Below are positions 37,098-55,900 of a stretch of DNA of 64,000 nt, piece by piece. The notes under the pieces were generated by a model that was not told the origin of the DNA, did no database searches, and saw nothing but the letters and a program-made list of their open reading frames with translations. Positions within the stretch are counted from its first letter, which is position 1, and each line of letters opens with the position of its first letter. Origin of the DNA: Vermamoeba vermiformis (taxonomy: Eukaryota). The stretch is taken from contig JBEWZL010000011.1 of assembly GCA_045837725.1 (NCBI GenBank), positions 496,001 through 560,000 of the forward strand. Reading direction: 5' to 3'. The position numbers were made by a program, and so were the translations under genes.

Positions 37098-38172
37098 TCA
37101 TTTCAGAGCAGTAATAGTCGCAGCGCTACTGTACAAGTCCGCACAAAATGAGAACGGTGCTTGCAGACTGGCGGGAAGTGGTTCAGTGAACCGATTCGTG
37201 CCGACAACCCACGTGACAGTTCTGTTGTCGCAGTCGAGTTCCACAGTGACTTCGCCATGAGTGTAGGTAACTAATGTTTTCAACACCTTGCCAGCGACGT
37301 AGAGATGGCCGGGTACATTGTGCAACATCATTGACTGGGCCTGCGTGTACGCGCCATTTGCAGCGTGGTTGATATTTGCACCCGTGACACCGAACATGAT
37401 GTGCGTGCCCGTCTGCCACGTGAAAGTGCACGAATGGACTCCCTTTGTCAGAGAGGCAATAAGGGCGGCTTGCCACACAGCTATAGATAGACTAGCAGTC
37501 GCGCCGTTGATTACAACGTTGGGTCCTTTGCGGATCAGATCGAACTCCATGACGAGACGATTGGCCAAGTAATCGACCAGTGCCGTCATAGAATAGTATT
37601 CTGCTTCGCGTAATATCTCTTTTCTAGGGGATGGTACAATGGTATTTAGTATTGCTCTACTTGCTGGTTCAGTACTTACTTTTCAACGTCGTCTTTGTGC
37701 ATCTCGAACTCGCCGTCACGCAAAAAGTTGAGAATCTTTCCAAAATGCTTCGGATCGCGGTCAATAAAATATGCGCCATCTTCTCCTTTCTAAAATAATT
37801 AGAAACAAACTTGGTGCAACGAAAGTCAATTCTTTTTAAAGAATTGAATTATTTAATATTCTAAATTTAATTATTATTTACCTCGAGTGCGTGGCGTCCA
37901 GAAAACATAGCTGAGAGCATACTTTCTTCTTTTAATAACGTTGCTTTGCTCGTCATAAATATTTTTCCTCCAACATTGAGTTTGATCGGGTCTTTGAAGG
38001 TTAAAACCATCTTATGAGCTGCATCAAACGTAGCCTTCTCCTGTGCTAATTTTTTCTCTTCGTCGGCAATCTTGACATACCGTTCATTGAGCATGTCCTT
38101 GAGTTTCGAGATTTGGGCTTGGATGTCGTCAAGAGTGACCGTTACTGGCGATGCAGCACCGTCATTTTCCAT
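37098..38172 (-). CDS. KCTD-type BTB/POZ protein with an N-terminal coiled coil and a SPRY-like C-terminal domain
   Basis: IKLNVGGKIFMTSKATL, SMLSAMFSGR, YFIDRDPKHFGKILNFLRDG, LREAEYYS and VTVELDCDNRTVTW...PFSFCADL. Confidence 0.9.
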
Positions 38173-38274
38173 TTTATAATTATATTGTAGTTTATGTCGT
38201 CCAAATTGTATGAGAGACAAAGGTTTTGGTTTGAAAAAGTTGTTGACATCCGATCTTGACAGGTCACGGAAATT

Positions 38275-39141
38275 TCAAGTAAGATCGAAAATTGTGGCAG
38301 AACTGTCCCACAAATCCACGCAGAACGAGAATGGAGGCTGTAACTGCTCGGGGATGCTTTCTGAGAGGACGGTCGCGTGTGTGATGTTCCACTCCACCGT
38401 TCTCTTCTCGCAGTTCAAGATGACAGTAATAACTTTGCCAATTTGCTTTTGTAACCTTTTGACGCATTTTCCAGCAATGTGCACCGCGCCAGTCTGCGAC
38501 AACATCATCGATTGTTCTTGCACATACGCGCCTTTCTTATTTGCAGGATTGATCTTTGCACCACTGATGCCAACGACCCATATTATATTATTATTATGCG
38601 CGAATTAATTACGTACTTATCCCTTTTGTGGCCAACTACGCATTCTCCATCCCGTAAAAAGTTAAGTATTTTTCGAAAGTGTTTCGGATCGCGATCAATA
38701 AAATACGCCCCATCGTTTCCTTTCTATTTAAAATAATTAGACGATTAAAGCGGAATACGATAAAATAAAAATTTCTTTCAGCGTTAGTTGCTTATCGGCC
38801 TAGTAATACAAACACAAAACAAATAAAAGTTCAAATTACAATTATAATTTTAATATTACCTTCAGCGCATGGCGCCCTGAAAACATCGCAGAGAACATGC
38901 TTTCTTCTTTTACTAAAGTTGATCTACTGGTCATAAAGATTTTTCCTCCGATATTGAGCTTGATCTGATCTTCAATGGCGTTAATATTCGCTTTATCGTG
39001 CTCTAAGCTAGTTTCTGATTTTTTAAATGTATCTAATATGCTTAATTTTTCGATTAGCATTTCTTTCAGCTCGGTTATTTGATGCTGGATGTCCGAAAGG
39101 CTAATGAGTGGACTTAGCGTCACATCTGCACGACTAGCCAT
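38275..39141 (-). CDS. Tandem KCTD-type BTB paralogue, internally deleted
   Basis: IKLNIGGKIFMTSRSTL, YFIDRDPKHFRKILNFLRDG and PPFSFCVDLW are present. The LREAEYY helix and the first part of the C-terminal domain are missing. Confidence 0.7.
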
Positions 39142-39342
39142 TATTTTCGTAGAGTGAAAGAGATGCTGCTCAGTGTTGCTTAGATCGAAAATTGAACTGT
39201 TTCTGAGTGTTTTTTTGCTCGATCGAGCAACACACTGTTTTTTTTGTCGACGAAAATTCAGCTCAATTACTTTTTAATTAATTAACAGCTGCACCATTAC
39301 TTTATATACAATGAAGTTCTTTATTGTCTTAAAGATCATCGC

Positions 39343-40445
39343 TTAACCATAAATAGCGTCTAGCTCACTAAAATTTCCTTCCTTCAAGAGCCAGACTGGC
39401 TCTACCAATGTAATTCCAACGCCAAAATCCTCGTCAACCTTCAAGTAGAGTGAATACATTCCATATGGAATCCAATAATATATTTCTTCGGCATCGAAAT
39501 TCAAAATAAAGTCTCTAAATTCTTCTTGGCGATCCGGATGCAGACAGTCGAGGATAGCACTGCCAATGAGATCGTCCACAAACTTCAAAAATGCATCGTC
39601 ATAGTCTTTTGGTGCTATTTTGGGAAGAATGCGCTTCGGATCTGCCAAACAGAAGTGATGAACGGTCGGAAAAATTTCGATCTTCAAAAAATAGTCTTCT
39701 GTTGTCGAGTAAGATTCAAATTTTCGTGCTTTAACAAATGCGTTGTCCATGATAGCAGGGTTTTTAATATTATCGCGCCATAACTTGCAAACCGAACGAG
39801 AATTCAAGGCCAAACCAGGAGAGATGTGTTCCAAAACTTTGCATTGAAGTTCAATCGGCAGATCTGGGAGGAAAAATTGGCATTGTATGTCTGGAGCACG
39901 ATATTTTGAATTAAATTCATCCTTCGTAAGCTGTTTAAAGTCAGCATATAACTGATGGAATTCTGGATTCGGCGTTTTGATCGTTAGTTCTCTCTATAGC
40001 ACAAAAAACACTATTAATTAAGTATATCAGTGGATAAAATTGATATTGGCATTACATTTTGTCTGTTCATGAGTAGTACAGCAGTACTGTCAAGGTCGTT
40101 AAATTGGACTGCGTACTGAAGAGCTCGCTATCATAAAATAATTAATATTATTACTTAATATTATATTTTTGGCATGCTTACCTCGTTCGCTTGATTTTTA
40201 GCAAATAAATTAGGATTTAATTTAATTATTTGGTTAAAAATCTTTGGATCTCCTCGAATGTACGCAAGTCTAAGAGGGTTGTTGAAAATATCCGTGTTTA
40301 TATTTTCTTCAAAGAATAAATTCAAGTCGTAGCTAAAATAAGAATAAAAGGTCTCGATATCTGGCGCAGATCCTTCTTTAATGAGCTCTAAGAAGTAATT
40401 CGTAATATTCGCGCGTGTATTTTTATTGACGCTCTTCTTTTTCAT
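39343..40445 (-). CDS. Ankyrin-repeat plus F-box protein, three exons
   Basis: Ankyrin-like NPLRLAYIRGDPKIFNQII and RALQYAVQFNDLDSTAVLL; F-box LPDLPIELQCKVLEHISP...SRSVCKLWRD. Confidence 0.75.
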
Positions 40446-40545
40446 TGTTGCAAGAGTCAAAACGGCCGCTAAAACTAATTCTGTTCATTTTTGTCCGATC
40501 TGTTGTTCTTCCGTAAGCGTGTTTCGGAACGGAATTTACTAGCTT

Positions 40546-41222
40546 CTAAGAGGTCATATACTCTACAATAATATAGGTCGTGTCAGTTTGTTGCGCCATA
40601 GCTATCTTTGTGTTTCCATCGTTCGACAAAACTAGATCTTGCATTGGTTTGCCTTTGAATTTTGTTAGATTGTGTTCGCAGTGATTAAATGCATCGTCAA
40701 AGAATTGGGTCCAACTATTATAAGCTGATTCTGCATTAGGTTCGACTTGCATGCAGTTTCTGTACATCCAAACAGCCAATCCGTTACTGCTGCGCTTTGC
40801 GATCAGCCAAGAATGACTGCTTCAGCTAAATTCTTCGGTAAATTTAATTGTTTTACATAAATATCAGTGTCCCCGCTCCAGTTCCAGCCCCTCTTGTGCG
40901 CACCACTAACATTTTCGTAAAAGATCTGCTCTAGTGACTTTCCGTACGGATATTTCTCTTGCGCTTCAATTGAGACATCCTTCAATATAATACTTTGGTA
41001 GTTATCGCTTATCTCTACGGTGCAGCCGAGTTTTATTAGCTGGATCCAGATTTGGTTCCAAAAATCCGGTAAATTAAGAGCCAATATATTTTCTTCAATT
41101 TCCTCCGCATTAATTACGTTTTGCTCGAATACTGCACCTTCAAATTCGTCTTCATCGGCTGCCTTTTCAATTACTGGCTTGTCACCAAAATAATATCTCG
41201 CTTTGTTCTCAATCTTTTCCAT
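40546..41222 (-). pseudogene. Hypothetical gene split by an apparent 1-nt frameshift near 40810
   Basis: Two consecutive protein-like ORFs in overlapping frames. I found no GT-AG intron that restores the frame. Confidence 0.45.
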
Positions 41223-41478
41223 TTACACCCTCTTGGATTCGTTTGTTGGTATTTATCAGTCTTTATTATTAATCGTGCGAATATTTGACGTAGTAGATTA
41301 TTGGTAGACGATCTGATCAATTAATCTGACCGGTGACGGTTAGTTGGTAGAGGTTGATTCATGCAATCACCAGCTTGTATTATTGTTGTATTGATAACAT
41401 TATAATGGCTCAAAATTACTGCGGCAGGCTGCTCTGTCCATTTCGACAAAATTAACAGAATGTTTGTAGGCAGTTTAT

Positions 41479-42204
41479 TTATTTTTGCTTGTCATTTTGC
41501 ACAGGAGGCCACGGCCAATATATTTCATATTGATACAAAATAAAATACATGACATAGAGGCCTAACGGAATTAGATCACCCCAAATTGATCCACAGGCAC
41601 ATCCAGTGTTGCCTAATCTTCCCCAAAGGCTGTATGAGGCCACGCCTATTCCTAGAAATAATTGGAAGTGACCCCAGAAGCGGCACATCCGGTTGAGGAC
41701 TCGCGTGCGAAATCCAGCCAAGTAAAAATAGACCAGCGCGTGCATGAAGAGATTAGCGACCATAAATACAGCGTGGTGACCACATTGATGGTGTAGAAAA
41801 TGATAGGCGAAGAAAGGAGTCGTGAGATGATGATAACGGAAATGTGGATGGAGTGGGAACATGCGCGGGCCTAGCAGCACTAGTATAATGTCCATATATT
41901 CGTGAAATTTGGAGATATAGTAGCCAAAAAATAGGAAGTCGACCATCGAATTATTAGGGGCGCTTGAGCAAAGTAGTTGCGGATTTACGATCCACTCGTA
42001 GCTAATTGGCAATGCGTAGATGCAGAGCACCATCCATATTAAACTCCATATTGAGTAATATATATTGACTATTTTTGACAGCTTGGGTGCAACCGTCAAA
42101 GAAAGTTGTTTTGCCTCGATCCATCGGTGCACGATGTAAAAAGCCACGTCGATGATTATTAATACATCTAACCGCGCTATGATGCTCTGACTGTACGTTG
42201 TCAT
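41479..42204 (-). CDS. ELO/GNS1/SUR4 fatty-acid elongase, intronless
   Basis: YYISKFHEYMD, a histidine box (HFRYHH), NLFMHALVYFY, FQL and multiple TM segments. Confidence 0.88.
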   Translation of the reverse strand: MTTYSQSIIARLDVLIIIDVAFYIVHRWIEAKQLSLTVAPKLSKIVNIYYSIWSLIWMVLCIYALPISYEWIVNPQLLCSSAPNNSMVDFLFFGYYISKFHEYMDIILVLLGPRMFPLHPHFRYHHLTTPFFAYHFLHHQCGHHAVFMVANLFMHALVYFYLAGFRTRVLNRMCRFWGHFQLFLGIGVASYSLWGRLGNTGCACGSIWGDLIPLGLYVMYFILYQYEIYWPWPPVQNDKQK

Positions 42205-42783
42205 TGTTGATAGTGCCTAAAAGTATATGACGTTCGTTTTTAAGCTTTCTGTTCGACGTTGACATTTCTCTGAGATATTTTACAGAAAGCAGCTGATTGG
42301 TTGACACGTAGATTTCACTCTACTAATTCATCCATCATTGATAGTACAATTTACAATAACAGCGTCGCCTTTCCGGTTAGGCAGTAGACCCAAAAATCAA
42401 TATAGTTTGAACTGCATCCGGATCTTGATCGTCTTAACGCCACTAGCTACTTCCAGCGTTTTTATCTTATATATATAAGATATCGATCTCATTATCTGAT
42501 TAAATCACCTCATTGCTTATTGGTCACATAATCAAGCCGTGCACTGGAGTGTAACAGCTCGGATCCAAGAGGTGAAGACTACTTTTCATTAAACGCAATG
42601 ATTTATTGATTTTTCGGTTGAGAATAATATATTATACATCGCTATCGCTTACTATACTAGTAAGTGCGTCTTAATCAACGAGACTCGTAGATCTCATTTG
42701 AAATCAAAAATCGTTATTTACATAATAGGATTAGGCTCTCTTTCATCTAGCAATATGATGAGGGGTGTTGGATTGGCCTATTC

Positions 42784-44115
42784 TTAGTTCTTCTTCATAT
42801 GATACAAATAGCCTTGAGTGGCGAGAATAATTCGCTCGTTGTACATGATCGAGTAACGCAAGGCCCAATCAATGTCGAACTTTTCGGGCAACGCCTCGTT
42901 GAATCGTCGCTCCAAAATAGAATTAGCGTTAAGTCGTGCAATAGACAAGCCCTATTAATTAAAAATTAATTAGAATAAATTTTTGTAACGGATCGCAAAA
43001 GCAATTTGGAATTGTTGTACTGATTAGAAAACGAAATTGAGGCTTATATATTGTACTTACGGAGTCAGACTGAGGCTGAGAATACAATTCAATGCTGTTA
43101 GCTTTGGTAAATCGCAAGATCTCTTGAACTTCTGCGCCGCAACAAATCGCAGTGACTTGATTGACGGATGGCTTGATTTGAGCGTAAGAAAGGAGTGTTT
43201 GGAGGTCAGCAATAGTGAATTCTGAGACCCCTAAACGCTTAATATAACCAGATCTAACATGTTCTTCGAGTTTCTGCAAGAAATTAATGAATTAGCAACT
43301 ACTCGAAACTTTGTAACAATTTAAAATATAGACGTACCTGCCAAATGAGAGGGAAAGTGGCTTGGTCGATCACAGGCACTGAAATAATGAAAAGATCGAG
43401 CACATCTGTGTTAAGTTCGAACAGGCTTTTTTGGATTGCAGAGTCGACATCTTCGGGCTTGGCATTAGGACCCAAGAACAATTTGGCTAATAAAACAAAA
43501 AATCGTCAGAAAATCGGCTTACGAGGTGTACCACTAGCGTCGCTACAAAAAATAGTCCGATAAATTACTAAAAAAGGTGGATCGGATTCCACCAGCAAAA
43601 TTTAGATCTAAATGTTGGAGATACATACCTGTAATTTCTAATCGCTCACGAGCAGCAGCTACTTCAGCGTGTTCAGTATGGCGAGGGCTGCTCGAACCGT
43701 CCAACATCCGGTACAAAGCGATTTCCAAACCACGCTCCATCTGCAAGAAAAATATGATTAGTTATTTTATAGGAGAATAATCGCTCCTCAATTAATTAAG
43801 AGCGATTCGATTCGAGAGAAGTCAAACGGATTTGCTGGAAAATTGTAAATAATTCGCCGTTTCGCCGTCTACCGAGTGAATCAACTCTACAAGCACAAAA
43901 TCGAATTCATATGATGCCTTAAACAATTAAAGAGGTGCTAAATATCTAATTTAATTTTAAACTGCCAGATGTGGATCGGTCTCAAAGTGTATTTTACTAA
44001 ATTTCTGCAGTACTTTAAAGACACTCACCTCGTCTTGAGCATTGCCAGCCGCCAAGGTCTTCAAAATGTTGTGAGTTTGAATAGTAATGTCGTTATGTTT
44101 GTTCAAGAGCTCCAT
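42784..44115 (-). CDS. GCLM: Glutamate-cysteine ligase modifier subunit-like protein (aldo-keto reductase fold), multi-exon
   Basis: IQTHNIL, ERLEITAKLFL, LDLFIIS, WQKLEEHV...LGVSEF, KPSVNQV..CC and WALRYSIM...GY. Confidence 0.85.
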
Positions 44116-44807
44116 CTCGCTTCGTTACAAATAAATAAATAAATAAAGTACTATAGAATGCCTTGTGGTGTTGCTTAATCGCACAAATTTGTTAAGTGGC
44201 GAAAAAAGTCCGGTCTTCCGCTCATAACGCGCCAGTCACGCGCTCGCCGCGGACCGAAAATGATATTCCGAACATCGAGAAGAATTTTTATCAATTTTAT
44301 TACCGACCGAAGGTTCCAACACTTCTTCGGCATTATTGTACCTGGTACTTTAAGCAATAAGCGAGATAAGATGGATTATTATGGTTATTACTCTCGAAGC
44401 GGTTGGTCTAATGACGAATTGCGTAGGATCTCAAGCAGATCTCAGGCAAACTTCGTGCAGGCACGCTGTTACGCGATTAGTTAATATTCTTAATATGGTT
44501 ATACGTAATGGCCTCGCAATATTTTGGCGATTCGCCGCATGGGTTGGAAGATCGAGCAATGAGAATTATTTAAAATTATTTTTGATTTTAATATTCATAA
44601 CACCCAGGTCAAAGCTTACAAGCAATTACTTACCGAAAGATCTTGCACAAATCTGAAAATAGACACCGGATAATTCGTTTTTGTTGTTGAGGACAAAATC
44701 ATAACCGATCGGGCAACAAAAGAACACATCCGTTACAGCTTGAAAGAATGCCCGAATAATCTATAGAATAATATGATGTTAATTACATTATTTGATATCA
44801 TTTTGAA

Positions 44808-50865
<6,058 letters not shown>

Positions 50866-50921
50866 AATAAATAGCTGTCGATTCAATTACAGTATTTATA
50901 GAAGACTTTAAACAAAATCGC

Positions 50922-52769
50922 TTAATGTTTGTGAGCGTGCGCGTGTGCGTGCGAATGACCGTGGTGATGATGTGCGTGGTCGTGAGCATGATCGTGGGCG
51001 TGTGAGTGATCGTGAGCGAGTGCGTGCGCGTGGTCATGAGCGTGTCCGTGGTCATGATCGTGATCGTGCATATGATCGTGCTCGTGATCATGGTCGTGAT
51101 CGTGTCCGTGCGCGTGAGCGTGTTCGTGGTCATGATCGTGATCGTGATCGTGAATATGAGCGTGATCGTGGTGAACGCCCTTCACGTGTTCAAGAGGAAC
51201 GTGCACGTGACCATGGCCGTGACCGTGGCCATCGTGATCGTGATTGTGAGCACCAGATCCGTGCAAAGCAAAGATGGATACACTCATGAAAAGCATACCA
51301 ACAGCTGTCCACAACATAACGCGCTATTGAAATGGTGAGTCTCAGGCATTTTTTCACGGATTGAACGGACGTACCTCGGCAGTCATGTACTTCAAAGCAG
51401 TGGGCAACAATTCACGCAAACTAACCAACACCATGATGCCAGCAACTAATTAATTGACGTTATTACTAGCCGTAGATGGTATAATCAGTCCTCATGACGT
51501 ACCACCAGCCAAGAGTGACTTGACGACGTAATCGTTCATGTATTGCGAGAAGAAAATTCCGAACACGAGAGCACCGAGAGGCTCGCAAATACCGCTGACG
51601 AGGCAGTACTTGAATGCTTGCCACTTGCTGTCAGTACAATAATGAGATAATTGTCCAAATAAGACACGTGTCAGCTAGCTTTGACGTACCTCTTGGTCGA
51701 GTGGTAAATAGGCGAGGCAACAGCAGCACCTTCGGGGATGTTGTGCGCGGCAATGGCAAGCATCAGTGCAGCGCCGAACTCAATGCCTATAAAAGGAAAT
51801 TTTCAGTGAATGTTCAACAAAGTCATGTCCTTCGGATGCGTGATTTCTTACCCTTCAAGCACGTGACATAGACAGCAATGCCCTCGGGAATGTTGTGCAA
51901 ACTAATGCCAAGAGCAGTCACAAAGCCAACACGGCCGACTTGACGCTACATTATATAAGGGTCATATTAATATAGATCTATTACGACCGAGTAGAAACAG
52001 GTGTCAAAATACCTGCTCAGCAGTTTGTGCGTCAACAGCCTTCTTCGGCTTAGCTGCACCATTAGCTTTGCCGTTGTTTTTTTTCTTAGCGGACGTGTTT
52101 TTATTTCCATTTTTGGCTTTGTTGCCATTTTGCTGCGCGTGTTCGTGACCTCCTTCGTCGTGGTCGTGACCGTCAGGGAAGAAGTGAGCGGCAAGACCGA
52201 AAAGGAACATTCCAACGAAGAACTACAATGCGTTAATATAATAAAGTAAAAGATGGTCAGATCCGCAAAAAGCGATCGAAAAAAAAGAATCAATTCTTAT
52301 TTTATGCTGATTAACGTTATAATTAATTATCAATTCTTACCCATAAGTTAGCCATTACGTAACCAATTTCTTCTTGAGCTTCCGGTAAGAGATCCATAAA
52401 TGAGATATACAGCATTACACCGCACGATGAACTCAACATAATGCCGAGTTTATTCGCGCTAGGTGCTCCAAAAAATATAACGAGCAAGCCACCTGTAAAA
52501 TAATTGAATTAGAGGTCTGTGATTTGTCTCGATAAATAGAAAATCGCAATCAAAATTATATTTGATCATGGAGATAATCAAACGAATTATTAATTGCATA
52601 TATTAAATACCAATGCAATATAAATAATATTTGGCGCGTGGATAAAATAATAGATCTGACGTGGCTAAAATTCTGATCCTTAAATTAACTGTCACATACC
52701 AATAGCTGTGGACATGCCGCTAATAAAGGCCAAAGCGAACGCTTGCCAGTTCCAAGCCACAGCGCTCAT
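50922..52769 (-). CDS. ZIP-family (ZupT/GufA-like) metal transporter with a long C-terminal His-rich tail
   Basis: GVMLYISFMDLLPEA, GISLHNIPEGIAV, AIAAHNIPEGAAVA, SGICEPLGA and AGIMVLVSLRELLP. Confidence 0.92.
50925..51265 (-). repeat. Coding hexamer repeat (CACGAT/CATGAT/CACGCT-like) encoding an (HX)n tract
   Basis: About 53 His residues alternate with D/A/G/E over ~113 codons (manual count). Confidence 0.95.
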
Positions 52770-52941
52770 GTTGTTAACTGGGTTCAGATCTAGTAAAAAT
52801 GCTGAAAATCTTGTCAAGACAGTTTGTGAGCCTTTGACTCGCAGTATTTTTAGCAAGAAGAGCAATTTTGGTCTTATAATAGCCTCACGCCCTCATCGTA
52901 GTAATTACATTTATTTACAAAAATAGGATTGCAAGATCTCT

Positions 52942-55900
52942 TTACAAGTCGACGATTTCCTGTTTCTCAATCGTGCTATGTTGACTATAATACATAAGAT
53001 GTTAGTACGAGCATTAACGACTTGACACGCAGATTTTGACAGCACGGATGTAGATCGTAGCACTTACTTTTGGTCTTTGCTTACACGCCAGTAATGATCA
53101 GCATGCTCGCTGCGGCCCAACAACTGCACGAACTCTTCGTCGTGAGTAATAATAATCAATTGGAAGTTACGTTGTTGCTTTCTATTCTCGATAATATTGA
53201 CCAGAGCACCAGCGAATGACTCGACGTTGTAGCGATCCAAGTTGGTTGTGGGTTCGTCCAAGGCCAAAATTCCGCAGTTGAGACAGAACGTCTCGGCCAG
53301 GGCAAGTCGAATCACTAGCGAGGCCAACACCTTCTGACCTGCTGAACATCGGCCACGCATGTCAAGCTCCGTGTCACCCTTGATCATCACCAACTAATGG
53401 TATGTTAGCTTCGCACGTGACAAGACATTGCCTTATTTGGACTTACTCTGTAGTTGTAGTTACGCTTGCCATTGCTCTCTTCTTGGTCCGCTCTGATCTC
53501 GATGGTCTGAATGTCATTGCCCTTGTACGTAGTCTGCCAAAGCTCTTTAATGATCTTGTTGATCTCGGCCATCTTCATCGAGTGGAACTTCATCAAAGCC
53601 CTTCACGAGGTTAGTCGTGCACGGGAAGAATGAATAAAGAGTCAACATACTTATCCAAAGCCTTGTAGTATTTGTCCATATCTGCTGAAGCCATTTCTGT
53701 GGTGCTGAACTTGATCAACATACGGCGGTACTCATCCTCGGCAGTACTGTTCTCAGGCTTCTTCAGGTCCACGTTCTTGCCCTTGATTTGTTCCAAGTAA
53801 GCATTGCGCGAACCCAACAATTGATTGAGCTTGGACTTGGACTCGTCAATTTGAGCGGTCAGTGTCTCAATTTCCTCAATGACGCTGTCACTGTTCGAGG
53901 ATTGTTTTGTCTCTTTCAACTTCAAAATCTTCGCTCTGAGGGCTTGCAAGGCCTTGTCATCCTTTCGGTATTTAATGTTGTCCTCCAAGTTGCGCTTGTA
54001 CTGATCTTGGTTGCTGAGCTGCGAGGAGATGTGTTGAATCTCTTCTTGCTTCTCTTTGGTCTTCTGAGCAATGTCACTCAACTTGCTCTCGATGAGTTCT
54101 TTGTTTTCAGTCACCTGACGTCCTCGTTCCTCGAGCTCTTCAGGATTGATCTTGTCAATCTCCTTTTGCATGCCTTGTAACTCGATCAATTTAGTCGTGA
54201 ATGATTCTTTGTCTTTTTGGTGCTTTTCTTCCTTTTGGCTTGCAGACTTGATCATTTCATCGCGCTTGGTCGTTAGTTGGGCCAGCTTCTTTTTCGCCTC
54301 TTCCAAGTCAGCCGTTAAAGACGTCAACAAAGGCTGAATATCTTCGGACTCCTTGGCCAAGTCATCGTACTTTTGCTTCAAAACAACGATCTTATCGTTC
54401 ATGCCTCGCAGTTGCAAGACCTCCTTCTCAAGATCAGAAACATGTCGCTCCATGGTATGAATCTTGTCTTTGTTGTTCTGGAACTCTTGACGCTTCTGTT
54501 CGAGTTCTTTGGACAAGGACTCTTGGTTGTTTTGCTCTTGTTTAAGCTCGTTGGAAACGTCGTTTAAGCTTCGTCCGGCAGAGTCGAATGAAGCAAGCTT
54601 TTGCTCGAGCTTTGTTAACTCGCCAACAGTTTGTGAAAGATTCTTTGTGTGAGTGTTAAGTTGCTCGGCTAAAGGGATAATCTTGGTCAACTCTTCAAGC
54701 TTCTTTGTCTTCTCCTCGACAACGCCATTGAGCTGGTGCAAGTTTGTATCGTGCTCTTGCACCTCCAACTTCATTTTGTCTCGCTTTTCGTGCAGAGTAG
54801 CAAGCTCACTTTCGAGTGCCTGAACTCTGTTCCAATGCTCGACGAGACCGTCCAACTTCTCTTTCTCTTTGATCGCAGAGACGATGTTAGCCTCCAACTC
54901 GGCAACCTTAGCGGGGACGTTTGTAATGACATCCTCCAGCTTGGAAACCAAGCCCGAGATGTCCGATCCGAAGTCTGTCGTGCACAGCGGGCAGTGGTGC
55001 GTCTTCTTAGTTTGATCAATGAATGACATGAACGTCACTTCAAATGCCTTGGTCGACGCCAGGTCCTTCTTAAAGAGGTTGATCTTCTCCTCTAATTGCT
55101 TAATAGAGTCCGGCAAGTCGGTTCCTTCGGGCAGATCTTTCAACTTGGCTCGCTTTTCTTTGATTTGCTTCTCGAGTTCTTTCGCTTGCTCCTCGACGAA
55201 TGTGATCTGACCGGCAAGCTGTGAGGACTTAGTGCTCATTTTGCTTTGGTTGCTCTTGGCTTGTGCTAGCTCTTGACGTGCTTTGCGCGCCCTCTCTTCG
55301 AGTGTGCTCTTCATTTGATCGGGAGTCACCACTTCACCAAGAAGATCCATGAGCTGGTTCTCGATTGCTCTCAACCTTAACAAACCGTTAGACGTGCACA
55401 GTCAGGGCGTCGCTGCAACTTACATCTTGGTATGCTCGGCCTCTTGCTTGGCTTTCTCTTGTCGAAGGTGATCTACTTTAGCCGACAAGCTGCTCTGTGA
55501 GTTTAAGGTTTGGATCAAGTCGCTTAATTGTTGCATCTTCTTTGTGCACTCGTTGCGCTTGGCTTCCAATCCCTTCAAGATGTCTTTGAAGGCTTCTTCG
55601 TCGAATTGACTCTTCGCAGCCGCGAGCTTGTTTTTCTAATCAATGGTTAGAATCAGTCGTTCAAAGTGCCAATCAATCACTCTTACCTCGCGTGCCAACA
55701 GCTCTTCGCGCTCGTCGAGTTTGTCGTACATGGACTTGTTGGTCTTAATTTCTTTTTCTAACCGCTGCATCTCGCTGTTGTTCTCGGCGAGTTTTCTTTT
55801 CTTGCTATCGAGATCACTTTGCAAGTCACTTTGTATCTTTCTTTGCTTGTCGAGCTCTTCATTAATGCCTTCAACTTCGCGCTGATGATTGGCCTTGATT

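Noticed and set aside
44128-44148. (AAAT)n microsatellite upstream of GCLM
   Set aside because: Short and unremarkable in AT-rich DNA.
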